Shown one piece after another: positions 8,484 through 17,130 of a stretch of 37,914 nucleotides of DNA. This stretch comes from a virus (Duplodnaviria; Caudoviricetes). Below the pieces are notes generated by a model. That model searched no databases. It had not been told where the DNA came from and saw only the letters and a program-made list of their open reading frames with translations. Both the position numbers and the translations under genes were made by a program. The stretch is taken from the IMG/VR virus record IMGVR_UViG_3300046490_000095, positions 1-37,914 of that record, one strand, 5' to 3'. The stretch's first letter is position 1; every line of letters begins with the position of its first letter.

Positions 8484-9235
8484 TCAGCACCCCGGTGTGG
8501 GTCTTCCACACGGAGACCGGCCAGTACTCCCTGGTCGAGCTCGCTCAGGTGTCCTACTGGGTCGACAACGGCTGGACCCTGCTTCCTGCCGACCAGGGCG
8601 GCGTGGACAACCTCGACGCTGCCATCGCGGCGCGCGCCGAGCAGGCCGCCTTCGACCCCAACGCGGTCGAGTCCGTCATCGTCGAGTTCGTCGAGCCCCC
8701 CAACCTCGCGCAGCAGGCCGACCAGGCCGCGGCTGACGCGGCGGCCGCGCTGGCCGTGCTCAACGAGGCCCAGGCCGCATCCGATGCCGCCCAGGCCGCT
8801 GCCGAGGCCGCTGCGACCGCCGTGGCCGACGCGACGGCAGCGGAGCAGGCTGATGCCGCCGCAGGGCTGGCCTCGGTGACCGAGGGCGCGCCGGTGGACA
8901 CCACGCCGGCCGACCCGCCTCCCGCGGAGGTCATCCCGCCGTCCAACCCCGCGCTCGACGCCGGTCAGCCGACCGCGTCCGCTGCGCAGCCTGACGCCGG
9001 GACGGAGCCCGTCGTTGTTGCGGCGCCGGACGCCGCGCCCCAGGAGCCCGCGGCCGTCCCCGAGCCCGTCCCGGCGCCCGCTCCCGAGGTCCCGGTAGTC
9101 GAGGCTCCCGTCCTCGTCGTGGCCGCCGACCCGGCGCCCGTCGAGCCCACCCCCATCGCGGACGCCGTCCCCGTCGATCCCGCCCCTGCCGTGGACGCCC
9201 CGGTCCCGGCGCCCACCACGGAGGTCGCCCCGTGA
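8480..9235 (+). CDS. hypothetical protein: short W-x2-H...W-x3-GW domain, Ala-rich helix and Pro/Ala/Glu-rich tail
   Basis: RBS aaggag; ATGA overlap at 8480; MISTPVWVFHTETGQYS... Confidence 0.75.
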   Translation: MISTPVWVFHTETGQYSLVELAQVSYWVDNGWTLLPADQGGVDNLDAAIAARAEQAAFDPNAVESVIVEFVEPPNLAQQADQAAADAAAALAVLNEAQAASDAAQAAAEAAATAVADATAAEQADAAAGLASVTEGAPVDTTPADPPPAEVIPPSNPALDAGQPTASAAQPDAGTEPVVVAAPDAAPQEPAAVPEPVPAPAPEVPVVEAPVLVVAADPAPVEPTPIADAVPVDPAPAVDAPVPAPTTEVAP

Positions 9236-9543
9236 CCAGCATCTGGATCCACCACCCCGAGCTCGACCGGTACTCCGAGATCGAGGACGAGTCCCTCGCG
9301 GCCTGGGAGGACGCCGGCTGGGTCGAGGTCGCCGACCCGCGCGTGGAGGACACGGAGCGCTTCTCCGAGACCGAGCTCGCCGCGCGCCGCGAGCAGCTGG
9401 CCGTGGAGTTCCCCGGTCGCGGCATCCAGGTCGCCCCGAGTTCGGATCAAGCCGTCGAGGCTTCGACGGGAACTCCCTCAGCCGACGTCTCGACAGCCCC
9501 CGCATCCTTGAATCAGGACAGCGGAACCCCGCAGGAGGACTGA
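9232..9543 (+). CDS. hypothetical protein, paralogue of the N-terminal domain of 8480-9235
   Basis: RBS ggagg; GTGA overlap; IWIHHPELDRYSEIEDESLAAWEDAGW. Confidence 0.75.
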   Translation: MTSIWIHHPELDRYSEIEDESLAAWEDAGWVEVADPRVEDTERFSETELAARREQLAVEFPGRGIQVAPSSDQAVEASTGTPSADVSTAPASLNQDSGTPQED

Positions 9544-9546
9544 TCC

Positions 9547-10029
9547 ATGGCACGCATCATCCCGAACGACGCGAGCTACATCGCGTTCGCGAGCTCCGGT
9601 GGCATCGCCTCCACGTCGCTCATCCCGACGGCGGCGGAGGTCACCGCCGCGGTGAACCTCACCACCTTCATCATGAGCCTCACGGCGTCCACCCAGGGCA
9701 ACGTCCTGCCGACGCCGAGCTTCGACACCCTGTTCGAGACCTCGACGGTCGGTACCTCGAGCGCCTCGTTCTCGGTGGACTGCTACCGAGACGACACCAC
9801 CGACACCGCGTGGTCGACGCTGCCCCGCAAGACCAAGGGCTTCTTCATCGTCTCGCGCTTCGGCGGCCTCGGCGCGCTCCACAAGCCGATCACCGGCGAC
9901 ACGGTCGAGGTGTGGCCGGTCATCGTGACCAGCCGCTCCATGGCCGGCATGAGCAACAACACGATCCAGAGCTTCACGGTCACCTGTGCGATCTACAAGG
10001 AGCCGAACGAGGCCGCGGTCGTCACCTGA
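9547..10029 (+). CDS. major tail (tube) protein
   Basis: IAS...PTAAEV.A.VNLT.F...TP.F.TLFET...GT...AWSTLPR.TKGF.IVSR.GG......GDTVEVWPV; strong RBS; precedes chaperones and TMP. Confidence 0.85.
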   Translation: MARIIPNDASYIAFASSGGIASTSLIPTAAEVTAAVNLTTFIMSLTASTQGNVLPTPSFDTLFETSTVGTSSASFSVDCYRDDTTDTAWSTLPRKTKGFFIVSRFGGLGALHKPITGDTVEVWPVIVTSRSMAGMSNNTIQSFTVTCAIYKEPNEAAVVT

Positions 10030-10032
10030 TAC

Positions 10033-10142
10033 TTCTCCGGGGTAGGAGAGCCAGAAGGGCAGGGCGCGTCGGGGAACCGCGCCTCTGCCCTTCCGGCGTT
10101 CTGGGTGGCTACGATGCCCCCAAGGTCACCTACCCCGAGGAG
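10033..10142 (+). promoter_or_regulatory. nested stem-loop between the major tail and chaperone genes
   Basis: Inner stem gaagggcagggcgcg/cgcgcctctgcccttc (10054-10093); outer stem cggggtagg (10038-10046)/cctaccccg (10129-10137), adjoining the chaperone RBS. Confidence 0.55.
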
Positions 10143-10147
10143 AGACA

Positions 10148-10618
10148 GTGTCCGAGCCCGTCGTCGAGACCCCCATCGCCCCCGCTTCCGAGGCGAACGT
10201 CCCTGCGCCCGTTCCCACGCCTGACCCGTCCGCCGGCATCCGCCGCGCGACCATGGCCGACCTGGACGGCAAGAAGCGCGCCCAGCGCGAGGTCGCCGTC
10301 GAGGTCCCCGGCCCGGACGGTCCCCAGCAGGTCTCCTTCCTGTTCCGGGCGATCAGCCGCAAGGCCTACGACAAGCTGATCGACGACCACCCGCCGACGA
10401 AGGTCCAGGTCGCCCGCGGAGACCAGTTCAACATCGACACCTTCGCTCCCACCCTGCTCGCCAACGTGTGCGCGGAGCCCGAGCTCGACGCACCCACCTG
10501 GGGCCGGTACTGGAAGTCCCCGGACTGGTCGCCCGGTGAGCTGATGGGCCTGTTCTTCACCGCCCAGGCCCTCTGCAACTCTGGCTTCGACCTGGTCCCT
10601 ACTACCGCGGGCGACTGA
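10148..10618 (+). CDS. tail assembly chaperone (G)
   Basis: FRAISRKAYDKLIDDHPP...FN.DTFAP.LLA....EP...W..GE...LF..A..L.N; lies between MTP and TMP. Confidence 0.85.
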   Translation: MSEPVVETPIAPASEANVPAPVPTPDPSAGIRRATMADLDGKKRAQREVAVEVPGPDGPQQVSFLFRAISRKAYDKLIDDHPPTKVQVARGDQFNIDTFAPTLLANVCAEPELDAPTWGRYWKSPDWSPGELMGLFFTAQALCNSGFDLVPTTAGD

Positions 10619-10989
10619 GGAGGGACTCTCAGCTCTCGCTCGAGATGAGCGTCTGCGAGAAGTACTCCATCCCGCACTCCACCTTCATGGCCTGGGACGA
10701 GGTCGACCAGGCCAAGGCGCTCGCCTTCCTCCTGCACGCCAGCGAGAAGTGCTCCTTGTGCGGAACCGCAGAATGGGAGTGGGACGAGGACCAGGGCGGC
10801 TCCAGGTTCGCCTACGAGCCGGTGGAGAAGGTCTGCATGGGCTGCTACAAGAAGCACGACATGGGCGAGGGCGGCCCTGGTGCTTTCGTGATGCTCGAGC
10901 CCACCGGAACCCCTGAGAGCGCCAAGCGGTTCGTCGAGCAGGAGCGCGCCCACCTGCGCCGGGCGGCGGCGAGGAACAACCGTGAGTGA
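10597..10989 (+). CDS. tail assembly chaperone T segment (probably made as a G-T fusion by -1 frameshift)
   Basis: The -1 frame is open across the end of G and reads PYYRGRLRRDSQLSLEMSVCEKYSIPHSTF.AW...DQAKALA...C..CGT..WEW; no well-spaced RBS for ATG 10645. Confidence 0.7.
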   Translation, partial: PYYRGRLRRDSQLSLEMSVCEKYSIPHSTFMAWDEVDQAKALAFLLHASEKCSLCGTAEWEWDEDQGGSRFAYEPVEKVCMGCYKKHDMGEGGPGAFVMLEPTGTPESAKRFVEQERAHLRRAAARNNRE

Positions 10990-13900
10990 CGACACGCGGG
11001 ATGCGAACGTCCATCTCTCGGCCGACGTCACCAGCTACCAGCAGAGCGTCGGTGCGGCGACCCAGGACACCCACGTCCTGATCCAGGCGGTCGACACCCT
11101 CTCGGCCCGCCTGGACGGCCTGGGCCGCCGCACCAGCAAGAAGATCACCCTGTTCGCCGCCGCCGACCTGGCGATGATGGGCGGCATGGTCGCCATGACG
11201 GCGACCTACGAGAAGCAGCTCTCCAGCCTGGCCGGACAGTCCGCGATCACCGGGCGCTCGATGAGCGGGATGTCCGACTCGATCCGCCAGATGACCCGGG
11301 ACCTCCCCACCGCGCGCGGGGAGCTCGTGGCCACGGCCACCGCGATCTCGAAGATGGGCGTCACCTCGGGCAAGGACATCGCCGGGCTGGCGCTGACCTT
11401 CACCAAGACGGCGGCCGCCGCCGGGGAGTCCGCGATCGGCATCGCGCAGTCCATGACGACCCTGTCGCGCCAGATGGGCACCCTGGCCGGTGGCGCGACC
11501 CAGATGCAGAAGTTCACCGACTCCCTGCTCCACGTCTCCGCGGTGGCCGGGGTCTCGGCGCAGAGCGTCGCGGACTTCTCGAACTCGATCGCGCCCATCG
11601 CGCGCGTCGCGGGGATGAGCCAGACCCAGATCATCGGCATGTCGGCCGCCTTCGTCCAGGCGGGCAACGACGGCTACGCCGCGGCGAACACCTTCAACAC
11701 GATGCTCGCCGACATCACCCGCACCACCGCCCAGGGCGGCCCGGGCCTCGGGAAGTACGCCTCCCTGCTCGGGATGACGGTCAAGCAGTTCCAGTCGATG
11801 CCCGCCGCCGACCAGATCACCGGCATCTTCAAGGCGATCAACGACGCTGGCCCGAAGTCGATCGCGATCCTCGACTCCATGGGGATCGACGGCATCAAGG
11901 CCGCTCGAGCGATCCAGACGATGGCGGCGCAGTCCGGTGGCCTCGAGAAGCTGATCCAGACCGCGACGGGCTCCTACGGGGACAACTCGACGAACACCGG
12001 CTCGGCGGCGGCCATGGGCGGCCTGGTCGACCAGATGGACCGGTTCAAGAACATCGCCCAGGACATGGGTACCTCGATCGGCTCGGGCGTCATCATGCCC
12101 CTCACGGGCGCCCTGAACGTGCTGAACAACATCCTGGGCCAGGCAGCCAAGGTCACCGGCGTCTTCGCCTCAGGGGGCGTCCTGGCGGGCGCTGGCGGCC
12201 TCGTGAGCGGCGGGGCCGGGATCGTCGGGACGGTGGCGTCGTACGCCGCGGTTCCCGCCACCCTGAACTGGCTGAGGAACACCAAGACGGCTCGCGGCTT
12301 CATGGAGGCGCGCCAGGCCGGCATCGCGAACCGTCTGGGTCTCCCGATCGCCACCGGACCTGCCCTGGACCGCTACACCGCCGGGACCGCGGGACCGATC
12401 GAGCGCCGGGTCTTCGAGGCAGGGGCCGGGCTCGGCAACCAGTTCGGCGCTCCCGGCACCGGGGCACCGCTCTGGCAGCGCGCGCTGGGCGTCCCGGTCC
12501 GCCTGGCCGGGTCTCTGGCGAACGCCCAGCGCGACTTCTACCGCGAGTCCCGAGTTCCTGGCTTCGAGCGCGCGCAGGGAGGCGACGCCTACGCCGCGGC
12601 CAAGCGGGCTGTCACCGCCAACGAGAGCCTCACGCGCGCGATGTACAACACCACCAAGGCCGTCCTGAAGATGGAGGCCGCGGCGGCCGGCGCCGGCGTC
12701 TCTGCCATCAAGACCGGCTTGGGGGCCCCGCTCAAGGCGATGGGCACCGGCGCGCTGAATCTGCTCGGTGGTCCTGCCGGCGTCGCGCTGATGGCCGGTA
12801 TGGGGGCGGTGGCGTACAAGGGCCAGCTCGACGCCCGTCGAGACGAGCTGACCTCCCGCACCAGCGCCGACTACACCCTGTCCACCGCCTACACCACCCA
12901 CCTGGGGATGGCCGCCACGGTCCTGTCCGGGTTCTCCGACACGGTGAGCAAGGCCAGTGACTCAGTGCTCTCGCTGTCGGACGCCGCCGCCCAGGCCTCG
13001 AAGGCCGGCTACCGGACGACCCCGATCAACCCCAACGTCGCCTCGATCACCACTCCACAGCAGGGCGCGGCGTACCTCAACAGCCTGGGCACCCGCGACC
13101 CCAAGGTGATCAAGGACGCGATGATCGACGTCCGGTCGGTGCTGCCGGGCCAGGCCGGGGACCAGGCGTTGACGCTGTTCAACAAGGAGGCTGGCTCGTC
13201 GAAGTCGGCCACGCTGAACGACGTCACCACGCTGCTCCCTGGCACCCACAACACCGACAGCAACGGGATCGCGGACTGGTTCAAGGTCAACGTCGGCGGC
13301 TCGTACGGATCGGTCGGGGACAAGTCTTCCGGCGGCATCCAGAACATGTTCTCCGCAGCCAACGCCTACGTCTCGAGCTTCGAGAAGTACGGCCCGCAGG
13401 CGCAGCAGCAGGCCAAGCTGCTCGCGGTCCAGAAGATCCTGGACTACGTCGGCGGCGAGGGCACACTGAACCCGGCAGAGCGCCAGGAGGTCTACACCCA
13501 GCTGGCGGCCTTCGGCGGGATGAAGATCGACGTCCCGTCCAACAGCTTCTCCGGCAACTACGGGCACTTCACCGCGACGGAGTTCCTCGCCCAGTACGGC
13601 CAGGACGTCAACGTCCCGTCGATGGGCCAGACGGGCGCAGCAGGAGAGGTAAACCTCGCGAACCTGATGAAGACCCAGACCTCGCCGCAGGAGGCGGCGC
13701 TGAACGCTGCCGGGTACGGCCCCTCAGGGACGCCCCTGGCCGGGGTCAACTCCGACACCGGAACGCCGTCTGACCCCAACTCCCAGGCCCGCGCGGTCCA
13801 GTACGCCTACTCGCAGTCGCAGACCAACGTCGCCCGCCAGGTCGCTGCCGCTCGAGCAGCGCTCGCGAAGCGCCTCGGGGTCAAGGTGACCGACCCTCGG

Positions 13901-15226
13901 GTGACCAACGCGATCACCGTCGCGGACTTCCAGGGCCAGAACCTCCAGAACGTCGCCGGCATCTCCGGGGTGACCCCGGACAGCATCTACGGCGGGACCC
14001 TGTCCGCGACCCAGTCCGCTCAGTCGCTGGTGGGCTCGGACCTCTCGCTCCAGGCCACCCACCAGACGCGCGCACAGCGGCTCACGTCGGCCGCCACGCG
14101 CTACCAGCTGGCCAACGACGCGAACAACGACACGAACAACCTGGACCCCAACAAGTTCACCAACATGCAGCAGCGCAAGGCCGAGTACCAGACGCAGCTG
14201 GCGTCCTACACCCAGTACCTCAACCAGATGGTCCAGACCCAGGAGCAGTTCAAGCTCCAGATGGCGCGCTCGGAGCACGACTACTACCAGCAGCGGACCT
14301 ACGCCCAGCAGGACTTCCAGCGTCAGTCGGGGTACGCGGCGAAGGACTTCGCCAAGTCCATGCTGCGCCAGGCCCAGGACTCCGCGAAGACGATCTACAA
14401 CCCCTTCCAGCGGGTCCAGTCCCAGTACACGACCGACGTCGGCACGCTCAAGCAGAACCTGACCGAGCAGACGAAGATGATCCGCAAGCAGACCTCCAAC
14501 CTGCGCCGGCTCAAGGCGCTGGGGCTCTCGCAGGCGTCCATCAACATGCTCGACCTCGCGAACCCGGCCAACGCCCAGCAGGTCGAGGAGCTCGTCCAGG
14601 AGATGAGCAAGCGCGACGCCAGCCAGATCAACGCGCAGACCAGCTCGCGACAGAGCGCGAGCAACGGGCTGACCCAGTCCGACCTCAACCAGGGCTACAC
14701 CCGGCAGGTCGCGGACTTCAAGACCTCGGTGGCGCGCTCGGTCACCGAGTACCAGATCGGCATGGACCGGATGGCCACGGCGCACGTCCAGCAGGTCGCC
14801 CGCGCCAAGCAGGACCTCGCGCTGATGAGCAAGGAGTACGTCGACGACTTCACCACGGCGTTCAACAAGGCCCAGACGCTCGTGAAGGCCAACCTGGGCA
14901 AGACGGCGAACATCACCATGGGCGAGCTCCAGGCGATCAAGTCGGCGTTCCCCGAGTTCTTCACCAGCCTTCCGAACACCTCGGCCAACTCCAGTGCGGT
15001 GGCGGCCGGGAACGCGGCCCGCTCGCAGCAGGTCCCCAGGCAGGCCACCACGAGGACCGCGACCGCTGCGCAGCGCGCGGCCTCCTCGAGCGTCGGGGTG
15101 ATCTCGAGCTCGGTGAGCATCGGGAACATGTACGTCACCGCATCGAAGCCCGCCGACATCGCCAAGGCGATCGCGGACAGGTCCCGCTCGAACAAGCTCA
15201 AGGGTCTCATCAAGCTCTCTCTCTGA
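10982..15226 (+). CDS. tape measure protein (1414 aa)
   Basis: N-terminal ANVHLSADVTSY; TP901-like core (SAAFVQAG..G.AA.NTFN.ML); Ala/Gln-rich helical C-half; follows the chaperones. Confidence 0.92.
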   Translation: MSDDTRDANVHLSADVTSYQQSVGAATQDTHVLIQAVDTLSARLDGLGRRTSKKITLFAAADLAMMGGMVAMTATYEKQLSSLAGQSAITGRSMSGMSDSIRQMTRDLPTARGELVATATAISKMGVTSGKDIAGLALTFTKTAAAAGESAIGIAQSMTTLSRQMGTLAGGATQMQKFTDSLLHVSAVAGVSAQSVADFSNSIAPIARVAGMSQTQIIGMSAAFVQAGNDGYAAANTFNTMLADITRTTAQGGPGLGKYASLLGMTVKQFQSMPAADQITGIFKAINDAGPKSIAILDSMGIDGIKAARAIQTMAAQSGGLEKLIQTATGSYGDNSTNTGSAAAMGGLVDQMDRFKNIAQDMGTSIGSGVIMPLTGALNVLNNILGQAAKVTGVFASGGVLAGAGGLVSGGAGIVGTVASYAAVPATLNWLRNTKTARGFMEARQAGIANRLGLPIATGPALDRYTAGTAGPIERRVFEAGAGLGNQFGAPGTGAPLWQRALGVPVRLAGSLANAQRDFYRESRVPGFERAQGGDAYAAAKRAVTANESLTRAMYNTTKAVLKMEAAAAGAGVSAIKTGLGAPLKAMGTGALNLLGGPAGVALMAGMGAVAYKGQLDARRDELTSRTSADYTLSTAYTTHLGMAATVLSGFSDTVSKASDSVLSLSDAAAQASKAGYRTTPINPNVASITTPQQGAAYLNSLGTRDPKVIKDAMIDVRSVLPGQAGDQALTLFNKEAGSSKSATLNDVTTLLPGTHNTDSNGIADWFKVNVGGSYGSVGDKSSGGIQNMFSAANAYVSSFEKYGPQAQQQAKLLAVQKILDYVGGEGTLNPAERQEVYTQLAAFGGMKIDVPSNSFSGNYGHFTATEFLAQYGQDVNVPSMGQTGAAGEVNLANLMKTQTSPQEAALNAAGYGPSGTPLAGVNSDTGTPSDPNSQARAVQYAYSQSQTNVARQVAAARAALAKRLGVKVTDPRVTNAITVADFQGQNLQNVAGISGVTPDSIYGGTLSATQSAQSLVGSDLSLQATHQTRAQRLTSAATRYQLANDANNDTNNLDPNKFTNMQQRKAEYQTQLASYTQYLNQMVQTQEQFKLQMARSEHDYYQQRTYAQQDFQRQSGYAAKDFAKSMLRQAQDSAKTIYNPFQRVQSQYTTDVGTLKQNLTEQTKMIRKQTSNLRRLKALGLSQASINMLDLANPANAQQVEELVQEMSKRDASQINAQTSSRQSASNGLTQSDLNQGYTRQVADFKTSVARSVTEYQIGMDRMATAHVQQVARAKQDLALMSKEYVDDFTTAFNKAQTLVKANLGKTANITMGELQAIKSAFPEFFTSLPNTSANSSAVAAGNAARSQQVPRQATTRTATAAQRAASSSVGVISSSVSIGNMYVTASKPADIAKAIADRSRSNKLKGLIKLSL

Positions 15227-15236
15227 AGGAGTCACC

Positions 15237-15524
15237 ATGTCAGCGTCAGCACAGATCACCACGGGGACGGGTGCTGCGGTCACGCTCAACCCGCTCGGCG
15301 CGGGCAAGGAGCTCCGCAACGCCACCCCGAAGTCCGGCGGGACCCTGGTCCTGCGCAACGCCGACGCGACCAACTCGGTCGCGATCGGACCAGTCGGCGT
15401 CACCGCGGGCACCGGGTACCGGATGCTCCCGCTCCAGGTGCTGGTGTTCACCAACATCGAGCGCATCGACCTGTTCGCGATCGCCGTGGCCGGCACGCCG
15501 GTCGTGGACGTCCTGATCACCTGA
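15237..15524 (+). CDS. small beta-rich putative structural protein (95 aa)
   Basis: RBS gaaggag; LVLRNADATNSVAIGP.GVT..TGY.M; last gene before the terminator. Confidence 0.75.
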   Translation: MSASAQITTGTGAAVTLNPLGAGKELRNATPKSGGTLVLRNADATNSVAIGPVGVTAGTGYRMLPLQVLVFTNIERIDLFAIAVAGTPVVDVLIT

Positions 15525-15534
15525 GCCCGGACAT

Positions 15535-15576
15535 GGCGATGCCCCCAGCCCCCCGAAGGGGGCCAGGGGCATCGTC
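15535..15576. terminator. probable bidirectional terminator between convergent operons
   Basis: ggcgatgcccc/ggggcatcgtc outer stem and ccccc-gaa-ggggg inner stem; followed by a GT-rich run. Confidence 0.75.
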
Positions 15577-15677
15577 GTTGTGTGTGGTGTTGGTGAGGTG
15601 GAGCACGGGAAAGCATGGCGCCCGGTCAGCCCGACGCCCTGCTCCATCTTCTTACCTGGCTGCCCAGACCTACATGA

Positions 15678-15974
15678 TCACGTGGTGGGCAGCTCGCTGA
15701 CGTGCACGAGGTGCCCGTACGGGCCGATGTGGCCGTAGACGACCTCGTCGTCAAGCGGAAGGTCGTTCGCCTCGCGACGCATGGCGTACCAGTGGGTGGC
15801 GAAGGTCCGGTCCGTCATCCACGACCGGCCGTAGATCCCGCGGCCGTCCATGTAGTCGTACCAGTCCTCGAGGACGAACTCGGCCCCGGCGACCACGATC
15901 CCGCGCTGGGGGTCCTTGGCCGTCTCGTTGAGGATGACGGTCTCACCCGCTGAAGGGTGGCTCCCGACGTGCAT
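15678..15974 (-). CDS. hypothetical phage protein
   Basis: RBS aaggaggag; EFVLEDW...LPLDDEVVYGHIG..GHLVHVSEL. Confidence 0.75.
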   Translation of the reverse strand: MHVGSHPSAGETVILNETAKDPQRGIVVAGAEFVLEDWYDYMDGRGIYGRSWMTDRTFATHWYAMRREANDLPLDDEVVYGHIGPYGHLVHVSELPTT

Positions 15975-16224
15975 GGAGCATCTCCTCCTTCGAGCTCGAG
16001 TGGTCGTGCTCGGGGTCGCCGCACTCGAGATGGACGCGGCCGGTGACGAGCTCGATCGCCGTCGACAGGATCAGGTCGGTGGCCCGCTCGACCTCGAGAC
16101 CGTTCCCGTAGGTGATGACCAAGGGGATGGTCATCCCGTCGAAGCCAGGGATGGGCTCGCCGATCTGGAGCAGGACGAAGGGCTCGGTGGTCTGAGCCCT
16201 CAGGAGCTCGGTCCCGTCAGCCAT
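15943..16224 (-). CDS. hypothetical protein (93 aa)
   Basis: MADGTELLRAQ...; overlaps neighbours; high GC3. Confidence 0.65.
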   Translation of the reverse strand: MADGTELLRAQTTEPFVLLQIGEPIPGFDGMTIPLVITYGNGLEVERATDLILSTAIELVTGRVHLECGDPEHDHSSSKEEMLHARREPPFSG

Positions 16225-16804
16225 CGGTGCCTGCCGGCGCCGACTCGAGTTCCAGGACCCGGTTGGTGAACAGGTCCGTCGCCGCGGGGATCTCGAGCAG
16301 GACGTTGAGCGCCTCCTGGGAGCCGACACCGCGGACCAGCACGGTGCGCTGAGCCTCGAGCTCCTGGGCGGCGAGCACGGCGTTGGCCTCGTCGAAGGCC
16401 TTGCGTGCCATGACCTGCTGCTCCTCGACCCAGCGCTCCTTGCCGGGGTAGCCGACGTAGACGTTGGAGAACGACAGGTAGGGGACCGGGTCGGTCTCGC
16501 TGGTCATCCGCTCCGTCCCGACTCGCAGGGTCGGGTAGGCCTGCTGGACGCTGCGCCACTGGTGGGCCCAGGTCTCCCTGACCAGTTCCATCGCGCCCGC
16601 GACGGCGGTGTTGGCCTCGTCGATGAGCGCCTCCGGGAAGAGGTCGGCAGCTTCCTCGTCGATCTTCCGGTTCTGCGCGACGAGCGCCTGGGTCAGCGCA
16701 TGGCGAGCACGACGGTAGTCGTTCTCGATGAGCGCCTTGAGGTTCTTCTGCTCACCGGCCGTGAGGGCCTTGGCCGGGGCAGTGGTGGGGTAGGACACGG
16801 TCAC
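16217..16804 (-). CDS. hypothetical helical protein (195 aa)
   Basis: RBS aaggaga before GTG 16804; coiled-coil-like composition. Confidence 0.75.
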   Translation of the reverse strand: MTVSYPTTAPAKALTAGEQKNLKALIENDYRRARHALTQALVAQNRKIDEEAADLFPEALIDEANTAVAGAMELVRETWAHQWRSVQQAYPTLRVGTERMTSETDPVPYLSFSNVYVGYPGKERWVEEQQVMARKAFDEANAVLAAQELEAQRTVLVRGVGSQEALNVLLEIPAATDLFTNRVLELESAPAGTDG

Positions 16805-17130
16805 GATTCTTCTCCTTGATCGCGGCACGGAGGCCAGTTCTCTTCGGGGATGAGGTCGAACAGGATGCCGACCTCGAACGCGAACTTCTGCCGTTCTGCG
16901 AGGACGTTGTGCCACTCCTGGATCATCGTCTTGGAGTTGGTCACCGGCCTCGGGGTGCGCCGGGTCAGAGCGACCCAGCGCGCGTAGGTGTGCACACGGC
17001 ACGGGCAGGTCTCCCGCAGGTCCTCCTGGGCGTCCCGCCACTGCTTCCAGTTCACAGTGGCGGGACGGTCCAGGATCGTCTTCAGGAAGTCAGCCGCCGT
17101 GGGCTCGTGCTCCACAGCGGCGTCGCTCAC
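16801..17130 (-). CDS. hypothetical protein
   Basis: GTGA overlaps at both ends. Confidence 0.65.
   Translation of the reverse strand: MSDAAVEHEPTAADFLKTILDRPATVNWKQWRDAQEDLRETCPCRVHTYARWVALTRRTPRPVTNSKTMIQEWHNVLAERQKFAFEVGILFDLIPEENWPPCRDQGEES

Noticed and set aside
13724-15616. 630-aa antisense ORF over the TMP
   Set aside because: Mirror ORF caused by high GC3; no motifs or RBS.
15610-15650. Faint likeness of minus-strand ATGGAGC...GACCGGG to type I-G CRISPR repeats (RNA anti-CRISPR idea)
   Set aside because: Too few matching bases and no matching repeat hairpin; cannot be supported without a search.
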